A stretch of DNA of 64,000 nt from an uncultured Rivularia sp. (GCA_963665115.1 OY762007.1:3520001-3584000); one strand, 5' to 3'. Counted from the first letter of the stretch, positions 53,005 to 63,498 are shown. The notes: generated by a model from the sequence alone, not told the origin. Numbers and translations are program-made.

Positions 53005-53418
53005 TTAATGGTCTGGTTTACGAGGCTTCCAACAGTCATTAGTTTCGGAAGTTTCACCACTTTTGTACGAAGTGCGTGCAACGCTACAAGCAATAATTTT
53101 GTTATCCCTCAAATTACGCTGATACCAATAAATACTAAAACTAGTTTTTTGCTTTCGGGTTACAGGTGTAGCTCTGTATTGAAAATCGTTTCCATCAGCC
53201 GTAGTTGGTAACTTAGTGATATATTTGGGAACCAACGAAGATAGTTGTTCGGGATAAGTTTTATAATCAGCGAAATATTGCTCTAAAGGAGCATATAGTT
53301 TTCTTGCAATTGCTTCATTAGAACTACGATTACTAGCTGCTTCAGTTGGATAGTGGGTACAGCCAGCAGTCGTAGTAGCTATTAATAAAATAGCTGCTAG
53401 GTACTGCTTGATTCTCAT
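53005..53418 (-). CDS. Predicted lipoprotein
   Basis: MRIKQYLAAILLIATTTAG-C lipobox. The ATG lies 1 nt after the amidase stop codon. Confidence 0.75.
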   Translation of the reverse strand: MRIKQYLAAILLIATTTAGCTHYPTEAASNRSSNEAIARKLYAPLEQYFADYKTYPEQLSSLVPKYITKLPTTADGNDFQYRATPVTRKQKTSFSIYWYQRNLRDNKIIACSVARTSYKSGETSETNDCWKPRKPDH

Positions 53419-53419
53419 G

Positions 53420-54034
53420 TTACGCAAATTGACCTGATGTTGGGTTCTGTTCCACTATAGCGTTCAGTTGAGGGATAAAAGGTTCTAGTAGAGAACCGGG
53501 ACATTCTGTATCAGTAACAACATCGTTATGTCCTTTGACTGCTTCAATACCGTAATTGATATCTAATGTTTCTACCAATATTTCTACTGCATCAATTTGA
53601 GCCTGAGTTGGGGGATTATCATCACTTGAGTCAACATCAAACCAAGGACCAGGCTCAAAATCTCTTAAGAAAACAATACCAACTTTTCCTGTATTTGCTC
53701 CTTCAACATGTGCCCCACGGGCTCCAAGCCGTCTGCCTTCGTATATGTTGCCATTATTGTCTATGGCGTAGTGGTATGCAATATCAGAATATTTTTTACT
53801 CGCAATTTGCTCGTTTTGAATATCGCCAACACTTGGAAACGGACTTTTATTAACTCTATTTCCAACATGATGTATCGTAATTTCGTCGAGTACAGACGCT
53901 AATGATTCTCCAGGACGAAGTTCAGAGTAAAGTGCATAGCCATTGGGATTGGTTACTGGATCATATCTTCCTTCTTGATTGCTACTGGAGAAATCAGGTG
54001 CTTGAGCTCCCCACTGTGAACGAGTAATAACCAT
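53420..54034 (-). CDS. PGRP/Amidase_2-type N-acetylmuramoyl-L-alanine amidase
   Basis: TRSQWGA, ITIHH, IAYHY, IYEGR, GAHVEGAN, GHND and ECPG (Zn ligands H/H/C). No signal peptide. Confidence 0.88.
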   Translation of the reverse strand: MVITRSQWGAQAPDFSSSNQEGRYDPVTNPNGYALYSELRPGESLASVLDEITIHHVGNRVNKSPFPSVGDIQNEQIASKKYSDIAYHYAIDNNGNIYEGRRLGARGAHVEGANTGKVGIVFLRDFEPGPWFDVDSSDDNPPTQAQIDAVEILVETLDINYGIEAVKGHNDVVTDTECPGSLLEPFIPQLNAIVEQNPTSGQFA

Positions 54035-54175
54035 ATATTTGACCCTCTTTTTTAAAAGCTGTTGTTGCAGTGTTTAGTATTATGCAACACAGTTTCATGC
54101 TATCAAAAAAGCTCAAGATTGAATTAAGGGGTGATACCCTTACTTACTGTGCGATATTTTTCCCTACTCCTAAAA

Positions 54176-54949
54176 TTACGCTGCTTTAAAAAATCTGATA
54201 ATTTCGCGCACGTGTTCTAGAAATTGCCCGTCGGTGGAAAGTTGAGCGATCGCCTGTTTCGATTCTTGCGATAAACGTTCGTGTTCAATTTTGTTTGTTG
54301 CTCGTAATTCTTCTATAGTTGCTTTGATAGTTGCCAAATCCTTGCGAGTTTCATTTGTATTCACTTGTTGCTTTGCTGCTAAAGAATCGGGATTTTCTGG
54401 GTTAAGCTGTTCTTCCATGCGTCTAACTGTTTCTTCAACACTGGTAAAGCGATGGCGTAATTCTACAATGTCTTCGCGAGGATATTTTAATTCTCTGCCA
54501 ATGGTTGTCAATCGTTTGTACAAATATTCGTAAGCGCTAATAGCTGGACGCAAACCTGTTAATAATAATGCTGCACCAGAACTAATATAACCAACAGCAC
54601 TGATACCAGTCGCAGCTAATGAGTAAAGACCGATTGTAGATAATATGTGTAAAAAAATCGCAATTATTAAGGAACGTCTAACTAATACTTTGACGTATTT
54701 TAATTGTTTTTCATCTACCGGAATTTCTTTTTCAATAGATTGTTCTGCATCGTATAGGGTTTCTTTAGCTTTGAAATGAACGTTCCAAGGTACGGTAACA
54801 ATTACCAAAAGCCACCAAAAACTTGCACCACCAATTACCCAATCAAGAAAGTTACCAGCAGGAACATGAAACCATTGCAGTACGCCAAATGCTAAAAGTG
54901 TCACAGTCACTATACCGATAGTGCTACTAAGAAATAAATTAAAATACAT
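54176..54949 (-). CDS. Conserved membrane protein with C-terminal coiled coil
   Basis: N-terminal TM segments, TVPWNVHF motif and a heptad-rich C-terminus. Confidence 0.75.
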   Translation of the reverse strand: MYFNLFLSSTIGIVTVTLLAFGVLQWFHVPAGNFLDWVIGGASFWWLLVIVTVPWNVHFKAKETLYDAEQSIEKEIPVDEKQLKYVKVLVRRSLIIAIFLHILSTIGLYSLAATGISAVGYISSGAALLLTGLRPAISAYEYLYKRLTTIGRELKYPREDIVELRHRFTSVEETVRRMEEQLNPENPDSLAAKQQVNTNETRKDLATIKATIEELRATNKIEHERLSQESKQAIAQLSTDGQFLEHVREIIRFFKAA

Positions 54950-55378
54950 TTAAATACCAACTATTAAGCGTAAAAGTTATTATTTAGATAGTGATTGAGT
55001 ATTAAAAAATAAGCTTAAATGCTTGTGATAGTTTGTAGATTTACACAAGAATATTTGTATAATTTATTATCAAAATAGTAGTTTGAGAAAGTTTACTTCC
55101 GATCGTCGTGTGATAGTTTTCTAACTTGCACGTGAATTTGGGAAAATTGCAAAATACTTATTAAAAATCTGAGCTTCATACTTTATTTAAACTATTGCAA
55201 AGTATTGATAAAGGTAAATGTAATAACATCTGAACATTAGACAATTTGGTATGACTAAATAATTGCTTAGGATATATAATGACCGTCTACCGACTTCTAC
55301 GTTTATGTTTCATTAATTATAAAAACAGGGAAAATCCCAATTTTGGTAAAGCGAATTATTTAAGTATAAAAAATTAGC

Positions 55379-55672
55379 ATGGAAAAACAGTTCGAGCGAT
55401 TAGAACGTAACGAAGTTATATCTGTTAGCGCAGAAAATTCCGGAAATCTGGAAATTTCTTCCACTTTTAAAGTTTTAGAATTGCTAGAAGTTATACAGAA
55501 ATATATTAGTTTTCAGATGCCAGAAGCATCTTTATTTGATGAAGGTATTGATTGTGAAATTTTAAAATTAGGTGCCAGAGGTTGGAAAAAGGGAAAGGTG
55601 AGAATCTGTGTTGAATTCTCTCCCGAAGAACCCGAATATCCGTTGGAAGACCTTGCTGAATTATTGGAATGA
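55379..55672 (+). CDS. KGK-domain protein
   Basis: FDEGIDCEIL...GWKKGKVRI.VEFSPEEP motif. Confidence 0.85.
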   Translation: MEKQFERLERNEVISVSAENSGNLEISSTFKVLELLEVIQKYISFQMPEASLFDEGIDCEILKLGARGWKKGKVRICVEFSPEEPEYPLEDLAELLE

Positions 55673-55767
55673 ATTTGAGGTCAAAGGTTAAAGGTTAAAG
55701 GTTAAAGGTTAAAGGTTAAAGGCTTATTTTAAATTAATAACTCTTAACTCCTAACTCTTAACTCGTT

Positions 55768-56632
55768 CTACCATTCGTCTTCTTCATCGTAAATAGGTCT
55801 TCTTTCTATTTCCCTGCCTCTTTGTCTGGGTGAACGTTCCCGCTCGTCATCATCGTAATATCTTTCAATTTCCCTGCTTCTTTCTCTGGGGGAGGGTTCC
55901 GGTTCGTCGTAATCATCGTAGTATCTATCAATTTCTCTACTTCTTTCTCTGGGTGGACGACGGCGACGGTTACGGGGTCTTTCTTCTCTATCATCGTAAA
56001 TGCGGCGACTTACTTCTTTGAAATTATCTTGCCGTAAAAAAGGATAATCGCTAACCCATAAGTTGCGATTGGGAATATATATTTCAGTTATTTCTTCAAT
56101 TCGACTCAAATCGGGAGTGCTGGACATTACCAACATTTCTGCTACCTGACCCCCGATTTATTATCTTGTGAGAAACCTGTAATGGTGCTTTGAGTAAAGC
56201 GGTAAATCCAGTTTCGTCTCCTACTTCCAAGTTAATCCGTTTTTCTCGGTTTTCTACAATTACTAAATCGCCTTTATTATTTACTGTTTCTTGTGTACCG
56301 ATTAATTCTTCTGTAATCCACCAGTCCAAGACTCGGCCGCGAAAAAAACCTGCGTATTTGTAACGACGGAATTTAGCATTTCGCAAACTGGCCCACAATA
56401 CTGGTCCCCATAACCAGTAAAGCGCCCCTACAAGTCCAAAGCAAAATATAACTGGGCCTAAAGGAAGCCGTAAGATTACTTCTATAAGTAAAATTACAGT
56501 AGCAATAATTACAGATATTAATAAACGCTGTAAAAAATCAGAAAATTTCCCCCAATAGTGTTTGTACTGCGAACCAGTCGCAATTAGGGGAATCAATTGT
56601 TCAAGCTTCTCGCGTGTCAATGGGACAAGCAT
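55768..56632 (-). CDS. Conserved cyanobacterial membrane protein with charged repetitive tail (apparent +1 frameshift at 56150-56154)
   Basis: Removing one base joins the ORFs as NRGQVAEMLVMSS. The tail repeats PRERSREI(D/E)RYYDD. Confidence 0.75.
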
Positions 56633-56738
56633 TATGGATTTTAGATTTTCGCTAACAGGATTTTGGATTTTGAATTATCGAGGCACTGCTTAACAACAGT
56701 TTCTTGTGTCGCAAGTGTCAGATATTATGGATTACAGA

Positions 56739-57569
56739 TTAAAGAATCTTTTCTAATCCATATACTAACGACTTTAGCTGAAGAACTTTGCGAATTGCTA
56801 ATAATACTCCCGGCATATAGCAAGTTCTGTCGCTGGTATCGTGTCGTAAAGTATAAATTTGACCGGATGCGCCAAAAATCACTTCTTGATGGGCAATCAA
56901 TCCCGGTAAGCGAACGCTATGAATTCTGATTCCTTCATCGGCTTGACTTCCCCGCGCCCCTGCTATATGTTCGGTTTCATTTACTATAGCTTGGTTATAA
57001 GTTTTACCCAATTCTCCCAACATTTGAGCGGTTTTAATGGCGGTACCGCTTGGTGCATCTGCTTTTTGATTGTGATGCAGTTCAATAATTTCCACATGAT
57101 CGAAATATTGTGATGCTGTGACTGCTGCTTGTTGAAGCAATACCATGCCGATAGAGAAATTAGGAATAATTAGGCATCCAGTAGAAGCTTTATCAGCAAA
57201 ATTCGCCAAATCTTTCAGCTTTTCCGGACTTAAGCCAGTAGTTCCAACAACAGGACGTACCCCATAGGCGATCGCACTGCGGATGTTATCGTATACGCAA
57301 TCTGGATGAGTAAAATCAACCACAACACCGGGCTGTTTCCCTTGTGAAGCAAACGCCAGCATCCCTTCCATTTGATCGGTAATAGGAACTTCCAGAGGTT
57401 CGCTCAAACCAGCCAACTCTCCCGCATCCTTGTCCTGATGTTCGGGGCTTGTATCAATCGCACCCACCAAATCCATATCCGGTGCTTCCGACACAGCCTT
57501 TATCACCTCCCTGCCCATCTTTCCCGCAGCACCATTAACAACAACTGGTATAAGTCCTTGATTAGTCAT
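56739..57569 (-). CDS. dapB: 4-hydroxy-tetrahydrodipicolinate reductase
   Basis: GAAGKMG, DFTHP, GTTG and [15 protein letters not shown] motifs. Confidence 0.96.
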   Translation of the reverse strand: MTNQGLIPVVVNGAAGKMGREVIKAVSEAPDMDLVGAIDTSPEHQDKDAGELAGLSEPLEVPITDQMEGMLAFASQGKQPGVVVDFTHPDCVYDNIRSAIAYGVRPVVGTTGLSPEKLKDLANFADKASTGCLIIPNFSIGMVLLQQAAVTASQYFDHVEIIELHHNQKADAPSGTAIKTAQMLGELGKTYNQAIVNETEHIAGARGSQADEGIRIHSVRLPGLIAHQEVIFGASGQIYTLRHDTSDRTCYMPGVLLAIRKVLQLKSLVYGLEKIL

Positions 57570-58127
57570 ATTTCTACTTTTAAATCCACAAGGGAATTGT
57601 AGACCCTGTAGGCTTTTTGGGGAAGATGGGGAGAGTGGGAGATGGGGAAGATGGGGAGACAAGGGGACATGGGGAATAATAACTCAGGAGTCAGTAGCAG
57701 GGGAGTTATAAATACTGATAATGGATAATTGATAATTGATAACTGTTCACTGTTCACTGATAGGGAACTTGGTCAATATGAAGGCAGTCAATGCTCTAAA
57801 CTTGCGATAAAATTAATTTTCGTCTTGATTGGTTGTGCGATGTGTCGTTAAACTGTTTCCACTTCCAACTTTAATTCTGACGAGTACAAAAAATCTTTGG
57901 GGTGGAGCATTTATAAAGGTTGAAGGTGATGACGTATTTTTAATTTGTCTTCCTTCTCTACCTTACCTAACTTAACTTTCGTTATCCAAAAACGGCTATT
58001 TTCCGTCATCTGGTAGATACGGTCGATATTGTATAAAATTTACTGAGCAACTACCAGTTAACGTGAAAAAATAAGAACCGTAAAGGTTCGCTAGTTATAA
58101 CGCTTCTTAGATTAATTTAGATTAATA

Positions 58128-58490
58128 ATGAACAAAAAATTCTTTCTCACATTACTTTCCAGCCCTGTATTGTTTTCGTCTATGGTGTCAATGGCGGTTT
58201 TTACTCAACCAGCCAGTGCTAACGAAACAGCTAGGCCTACTCCCAGCCAATTTTCTTGCGGACGAAAAGCTACTGTAGCTGTCGCGACTCCTAGTGTGGG
58301 TTGTACTCGTCTACGTGGAAACTCTGCTGTGCCAAGTATAAATAGAGAAAAAGGTTTACGTCCTGACGAATTACCTGAATTACAATTCACCGATGAAGAA
58401 AGTGACGCTTCTGTTACTTTGTTCGGTTGCGATTGTCCCGCTTGCTTAAATGCTTTGCGTCAAATTCGCGGTTTGCCTCCAATGACTTAA
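58128..58490 (+). CDS. Secreted small protein with C-terminal GCDCPAC motif
   Basis: Sec signal peptide ending PASA; five Cys; followed by an intrinsic terminator. Confidence 0.8.
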   Translation: MNKKFFLTLLSSPVLFSSMVSMAVFTQPASANETARPTPSQFSCGRKATVAVATPSVGCTRLRGNSAVPSINREKGLRPDELPELQFTDEESDASVTLFGCDCPACLNALRQIRGLPPMT

Positions 58491-58521
58491 TTAGTCGTTT
58501 TAGGTAATCAAATAAAATTTC

Positions 58522-58558
58522 AGGCAGAAGTTATCTCATCGGTTGCTTCTGCTTTTTT
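58522..58558 (+). terminator. Rho-independent terminator
   Basis: GCAGAAG...CTTCTGC stem followed by a T-run. Confidence 0.6.
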
Positions 58559-58583
58559 GTTTGGGAGTTGGAAGTTTATAGTA

Positions 58584-58871
58584 CTGATATCTTGCACCAT
58601 TTTCAATAATCGCCTTGGAATAAATTCCCAGGCTGATATACCAAGTCTGAGAAATCTTACATCTTGCACCTTTCTCAGTTAGCTTTCATAATCGCCTTGG
58701 AATAAATTCCCAGGCTGATATACCAAGTCTTCTAAAGAAGACTGAGCAAGGGTTATAGTACGTTAAAACGTACTTTGTATATGCAGCCCTGAAATTGTTT
58801 TCTCTGCGAGAAAGCCTCCGGCTTACAAGGTGGTTGTGAAGGAAAAACGGAAGAATGGTGCAACATATAAG
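58584..58871. mobile_element. Composite MITE with duplicated left part
   Basis: Left TIRs at 58584 (CTGATATCTTGCACCA) and 58656 (CTTACATCTTGCACC); right TIR TGGTGCAACATATAAG ending 58871; exact 43-bp direct repeat at 58606-58648 and 58688-58730. Confidence 0.7.
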
Positions 58872-59039
58872 ATTTATAGAAAGATAAGTTGAAAAATGTA
58901 GCGGGAGCGTCTCGCTCCCTTTAAGAAAAAAGACGCTCTCACTCTGCCGACTCCACACTTTCTCAAATCGGTAATTGATAATTGCCCTAATTGCTTCGAG
59001 ATATTCTAAACTCAAGTTAATAGGCTTTTATAATTCTCT

Positions 59040-59471
59040 ATGAACGATTCTTTACCACCGGCTCTCGCGAAAATTGTCAAACGCTTTCAACGTGCTTCTG
59101 AACCTAAGCGTCGCTACGAACAGCTAATTTGGTACGCACAAAAGCTTCCTGAATTTCCAGAATCTGATAAAACACCTGAAAATAAGGTTCCCGGTTGCGT
59201 TTCTCAAGTTTTCGTTACTGCTTCTTTAGATGAAGAGAAAGTGAGTTATCAAGGTGATTCGGATTCACAATTAACTAAAGGCTTATTAGCGCTTTTAATT
59301 GAAGGCTTGAATGGATCGACACCTGCCGAGATTGTTCAACTCACCCCAGATTTTATCCAAGAAACTGGTTTGAATGTCAGCTTAACTCCTTCTCGTGCTA
59401 ATGGTTTTTATAATATTTTTAAAACTATGCAAAAAAAGGCTCTTGAATCCCAAAAATCTGTGTCAAATTAA
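59040..59471 (+). CDS. sufE: SufE Fe-S cluster sulfur-transfer protein
   Basis: KVPGCVSQV, GDSDS and LTPSRANG motifs. Confidence 0.93.
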   Translation: MNDSLPPALAKIVKRFQRASEPKRRYEQLIWYAQKLPEFPESDKTPENKVPGCVSQVFVTASLDEEKVSYQGDSDSQLTKGLLALLIEGLNGSTPAEIVQLTPDFIQETGLNVSLTPSRANGFYNIFKTMQKKALESQKSVSN

Positions 59472-59572
59472 ACATGACCGCATATTTAGAAAAAATGATA
59501 CATTAAGGCTGAAGATTACAGCATGAAAACTTTAACCTTTGACCTTTAAATTCATCAGGGAATAATCGCAGA

Positions 59573-60492
59573 ATGACGACAGTCTCATCTACTTCTACTT
59601 CTGCTCGGATTGGCGGAGTGGTAGAACAATTTGTATGGCATAGGGAAGACCAAGATTTTCGCATAGTTTATGAATCTTTAGGTCAAGGTTCCCCGGTATT
59701 ACTTTTTCCTGCATTTAGTACTGTTTCTATGCGTTCGGAAATGAGCGGAATTGCGAAGCGGCTCTCTTCTGAATATAAAGCAGTCGCGGTTGATTTTCCG
59801 GGTTTTGGAGATTCTGGTCGTCCTAAAGCCGATTATGGTCCCGCTTTATACAGAGATTTTATAGAAGATTTTGTATTAACTACTTTTGAAAAAAAGCCGA
59901 TTTCTGTAATAGCCGCAGGTCATAGTGCGCCTTATGTTTTGTGGTTGGCTAGCAAATACCCTAACGTATTTTCTCGGATTGTTTTGGTAGCACCAACTTG
60001 GCGCGGGCCCCCTTCGCTGTGATGGGGGTTAATGGAATATTAAGAAATTTGATTAAGCAGCTAGTAAGATTACCAATTATCGGTCAAATCCTTTATAAGC
60101 TGAATACTTTACCATCGTTTTTAAAGTTCATGTATCGTCGTCACGTTTACGTTGATGCTGAAAAATTAACTCCTGACTTTATTCAGGATAAATGGGAAAG
60201 TACGCAGCAATCTGGAGGAAGATTTGCTCCCGCAGCGTTTGTAACTGGCTGTCTCGATCTTGTAAAAAGAAGAAGCGATTTATTAGGATTGGTGAGGAAT
60301 GTATCGGTACCAATTATGGTAGCGATTAGCAAATCTTGCCCTAGATCGTCGCGGCAAGAAATGGAGGCGATCGCCAATTTGCCAAGAGTTGAAAGCGTGT
60401 TACTTGAAGGTTCCTTGGGAATGCATGAGGAATATCCAGACAGAATAGTGGAAGCAATATTGCCTTTTTTGGAAGCTACCGTGACTTCTTAA
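59573..60492 (+). CDS. Alpha/beta-fold hydrolase (apparent frameshift at GGGCCCCC 60005-60012)
   Basis: DFPGFGDS and AAGH in the first ORF; GSLGMHEEYP in the overlapping second ORF; they join as WRGPFAVM. Confidence 0.8.
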
Positions 60493-60752
60493 GGTTCGTG
60501 GTAAGCGATTTATCGCTCATGTAAGAGAAGGCAGCATTTACTACGAACTTTATATTTTTTTATTTTTGTACTGATTTAATTCTTTGATAAATGACTATTT
60601 ATTAAAGCAATGGAGACGTAGCACTGCTACGTCTCTACAGCATTTTGGTTATGTAGCTAGCAAATTTTATACATTGGTTAAAGTAGCATCGATTTTTTTT
60701 GTATATTATTTGTGTCTGTAAAACATTTATTCAATAAGCATCTGAGATATAT

Positions 60753-61721
60753 ATGGTTAGTACAGCAACAAGCGTAATTCCTGTAACAGTTTTGACTGGA
60801 TACTTAGGAGCAGGTAAGACAACTTTGTTAAATCGCATTCTTACTTACGAGCATGGTAAGAAGGTGGCGGTGATAGTTAATGAGTTTGGGGAAGTAGGTA
60901 TTGATAATCAGTTGGTTATCGATACTGATGAAGAAATTTTTGAGATGAATAACGGCTGCATTTGCTGCACCGTGCGTGGAGACTTGATGCGGATTATCGG
61001 TAATTTGATGAAGCGCCGCGACAAATTTGACCATTTAGTTATTGAAACTACTGGTTTAGCCGATCCAGCGCCAGTGATTCAAACGTTCTTCGTCGATGAA
61101 GATATGCGCGAACAATTGCTACTTGATGCTGTTGTTACCGTCGTTGATGCCAAGCATATTTGGCAACATTGGGATGCAGAAGAAGCCCAAGAACAAATTG
61201 CATTCGCTGACGTAATTTTGATTAATAAAACAGATTTGGTTACGAAAGAGCAGTTGGAAGAATTAGAAAATCGGATTCGGGGAATGAACGCGATCGCAAA
61301 AATTCATCATACCCAAGATGCGAAGTTGGAAATGGATGCTTTGCTTGGCGTAAAAGCGTTTGACTTAAATCGTGCGTTGGAAATCGATCCAGAATTTTTG
61401 GGTGAAGACGCTCACGAACATGATGAAAGCGTTTATTCGGTTGCCTTGGTAGAAGAAAATGCCCTTGATGGTGATAAGTTGGACAAATGGTTAGGCAATT
61501 TATTGCAAACTCAAGGCCCCGATATTTTCCGCACCAAAGGAATTTTAAACATCGCAGGTGATGAAAACCGCTTTGTTTTTCAAGGCGTGCATATGTTATT
61601 AGATGGTAGAGCAGATCGACCTTGGAAGGAAAACGAAACCCGTAAAAATGAACTTGTGTTTATTGGGCGTAATCTTGATGAAGTGAAGTTGAGAGAAGAG
61701 TTTAAGGCTTGTGTAGCTTAG
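60753..61721 (+). CDS. COG0523 (CobW/P47K) G3E metallochaperone GTPase
   Basis: GYLGAGKTT, VNEFG, GCICCT, ETTGLADP and INKTD motifs; CobW_C domain with a short His motif. Confidence 0.95.
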   Translation: MVSTATSVIPVTVLTGYLGAGKTTLLNRILTYEHGKKVAVIVNEFGEVGIDNQLVIDTDEEIFEMNNGCICCTVRGDLMRIIGNLMKRRDKFDHLVIETTGLADPAPVIQTFFVDEDMREQLLLDAVVTVVDAKHIWQHWDAEEAQEQIAFADVILINKTDLVTKEQLEELENRIRGMNAIAKIHHTQDAKLEMDALLGVKAFDLNRALEIDPEFLGEDAHEHDESVYSVALVEENALDGDKLDKWLGNLLQTQGPDIFRTKGILNIAGDENRFVFQGVHMLLDGRADRPWKENETRKNELVFIGRNLDEVKLREEFKACVA

Positions 61722-61733
61722 AGGGGGAAGAGT

Positions 61734-61857
61734 GGGAAGAGGAGCCAGTGCGTTGCGGGGGTTCCCCCCGTTGTAGCAACTGGCGTGGGGTAGAGGGGGA
61801 AGAGGAGCCAGTGCGTTGCGGGGGTTCCCCCCGTTGTAGCAACTGGCGTGGGGTAGA
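61734..61857. repeat. Tandem duplication (63-bp period) of a GC-rich palindromic dispersed repeat
   Basis: GGGAAGAGGAGCCAGTGCGTTGCGGGGGTTCCCCCCGTTGTAGCAACTGGCGTGGGGTAGA occurs twice exactly. Confidence 0.9.
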
Positions 61858-61970
61858 TGGGGTAGATAATTATTAACTCTTAACTCTTCACTCCTAACTC
61901 TTAACTCCTAACTCCTAACTACCAACTTTTAACCTTTAACCTTTGACCTTTAACCTTTAACCTGTTTCCC

Positions 61971-63048
61971 ATGAGCCAATCTACCGTCAACTCACAAGAA
62001 TTTTCACTGTTATCATCGCAAACTCTTTCAGATTACGTTACCGCTGTTGCTTTCTCGCCTGAAGGGGATATTTTAGCTGCGTCTTCTGCTGCTGGAGAAG
62101 TTGTATTTCTGCAAAATGACGAAGAATTAAAAATTTTGCAATCTGGCAATGGTGAGTCTGTAGATTGCGTTACTTTTTCCTCTGATGGTCAATTTTTAGC
62201 TGCTGCCGGACAAAATGGACAAGTTAAAATCTGGCAGGGAAAAGAGTTAATTGCAACTTTGGAAAATTCTGCTTGGGTTGATAAATTGGCTTGGAGTCCC
62301 TAAATGCAATCATTTGGCTTTTAGTTTAGGGCGTAAGGTACAAGTTTGGGATGCTGATTCTCGTAATTTCATTGTTAGTTTAGATTTTGATAATTCTTCC
62401 GCTTTGGGTATCGATTGGCGAAACGATGGCAATTATCTTGCTGTAGGGGGACATCGTGGAGTTAAAGTTTGGCATACTCAAAATTGGAATGACGAACCAT
62501 ATATTTTAGATATTCCTTCCACAAGTTTAGCAATGGCTTGGTCTGCTGATGGAAGATATCTTGCTTCCGGTAACATGGACAAAACTATTGCGGTTGTAGA
62601 AAGTGAATTATTACTTTCGGGAGATGATCCGCAACCGTGGATTATGCATGGTTTTCCTGGTAAAATTCGTCAAGTTGCATGGTCAGAAATAAATTCCGAT
62701 ACAGGTGCGCCTTTGCTTGCTTGTTCTAGCATTGACGGTATTGTGCTATGGGAAAAGCAAGCTGGTGAAGATTCCGATTGGGAAGGGGCTGTTTTAACAA
62801 ATCACGCAGGTATTATTCAAGCGATCGGTTTTGCACCTAATAGTTTTTTACTCGCTTCTGCTGCTAGCGACGGTTGGTTATGTTTGTGGCAAGATGCTCA
62901 AGAAGTCTCGCAAATTATTACAGGTGTTTCCGATGGTTTTACCTGCATGAATTGGCATCCTCAAGCTAATAAAATTGCTGCTGGTGGGGAGAATGGTGAA
63001 TTGTTGATTTGGGGAAAGGTTTTACAAAAGAGGGAACAAAATCATTAA
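61971..63048 (+). CDS. WD40-repeat protein (apparent +1 frameshift at 62298-62300)
   Basis: Repeated AVAFSPEG, FSSDG, GQVKIW, AWSADG and WHPQ motifs. Removing one C restores WSPKCNHLA. Confidence 0.88.
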
Positions 63049-63174
63049 CTTTTAATTCCTCACTTTTAACTGCTTAATCTTTGAATCCAAAATTGCATTA
63101 CCTGCCAAGTCAGCATTTATCAAGATATCATGGGTTTAAGTGACTCAATCTACACCATATAAACTATATAAATT

Positions 63175-63432
63175 ATGATAATCACGAAACTTGCTTTATT
63201 TGCATTACCAGTACTTGTTGCTTCGATGTTGTTTGTAGCAAATCCCGCAGCAGCATTTCCGGTTGATTCTGCATCTACAACACATATCAATTCAACATCG
63301 GTACAAGCAGTTGAAGGGTTGGCAACATTAAATCAGGTGGATAATTCTAATCCTATTATTGACCATCTTGGTTGCAATTGTGCTTATTGTGCTGGGGCTG
63401 AGTCGCCACTACAAGGTAAATTACCATTTTGA
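63175..63432 (+). CDS. Secreted small protein with HLGCNCAYC motif
   Basis: Sec signal peptide ending PAAA; GCxCxxC near the C-terminus; terminator downstream. Confidence 0.78.
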   Translation: MIITKLALFALPVLVASMLFVANPAAAFPVDSASTTHINSTSVQAVEGLATLNQVDNSNPIIDHLGCNCAYCAGAESPLQGKLPF

Positions 63433-63472
63433 AATATTTTGTAATATAGCATATACATTTTAATACTTTTTA

Positions 63473-63498
63473 AAGCTCGTGCAGACGGGCTTTTTTTT
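63473..63498 (+). terminator. Rho-independent terminator
   Basis: AAGCTCGT-GCAG-ACGGGCTT stem followed by a T-run. Confidence 0.75.

Noticed and set aside
58606..58730. 43-bp direct repeat with 39-bp spacer as CRISPR
   Set aside because: Only two copies, and the spacer contains the MITE TIR; better explained as duplication within a MITE.
61734..61857. Two identical palindromic units as a mini-CRISPR array
   Set aside because: Units are ~61 bp with only a 2-bp gap, with no spacers and no cas genes; they belong to a dispersed repeat family.
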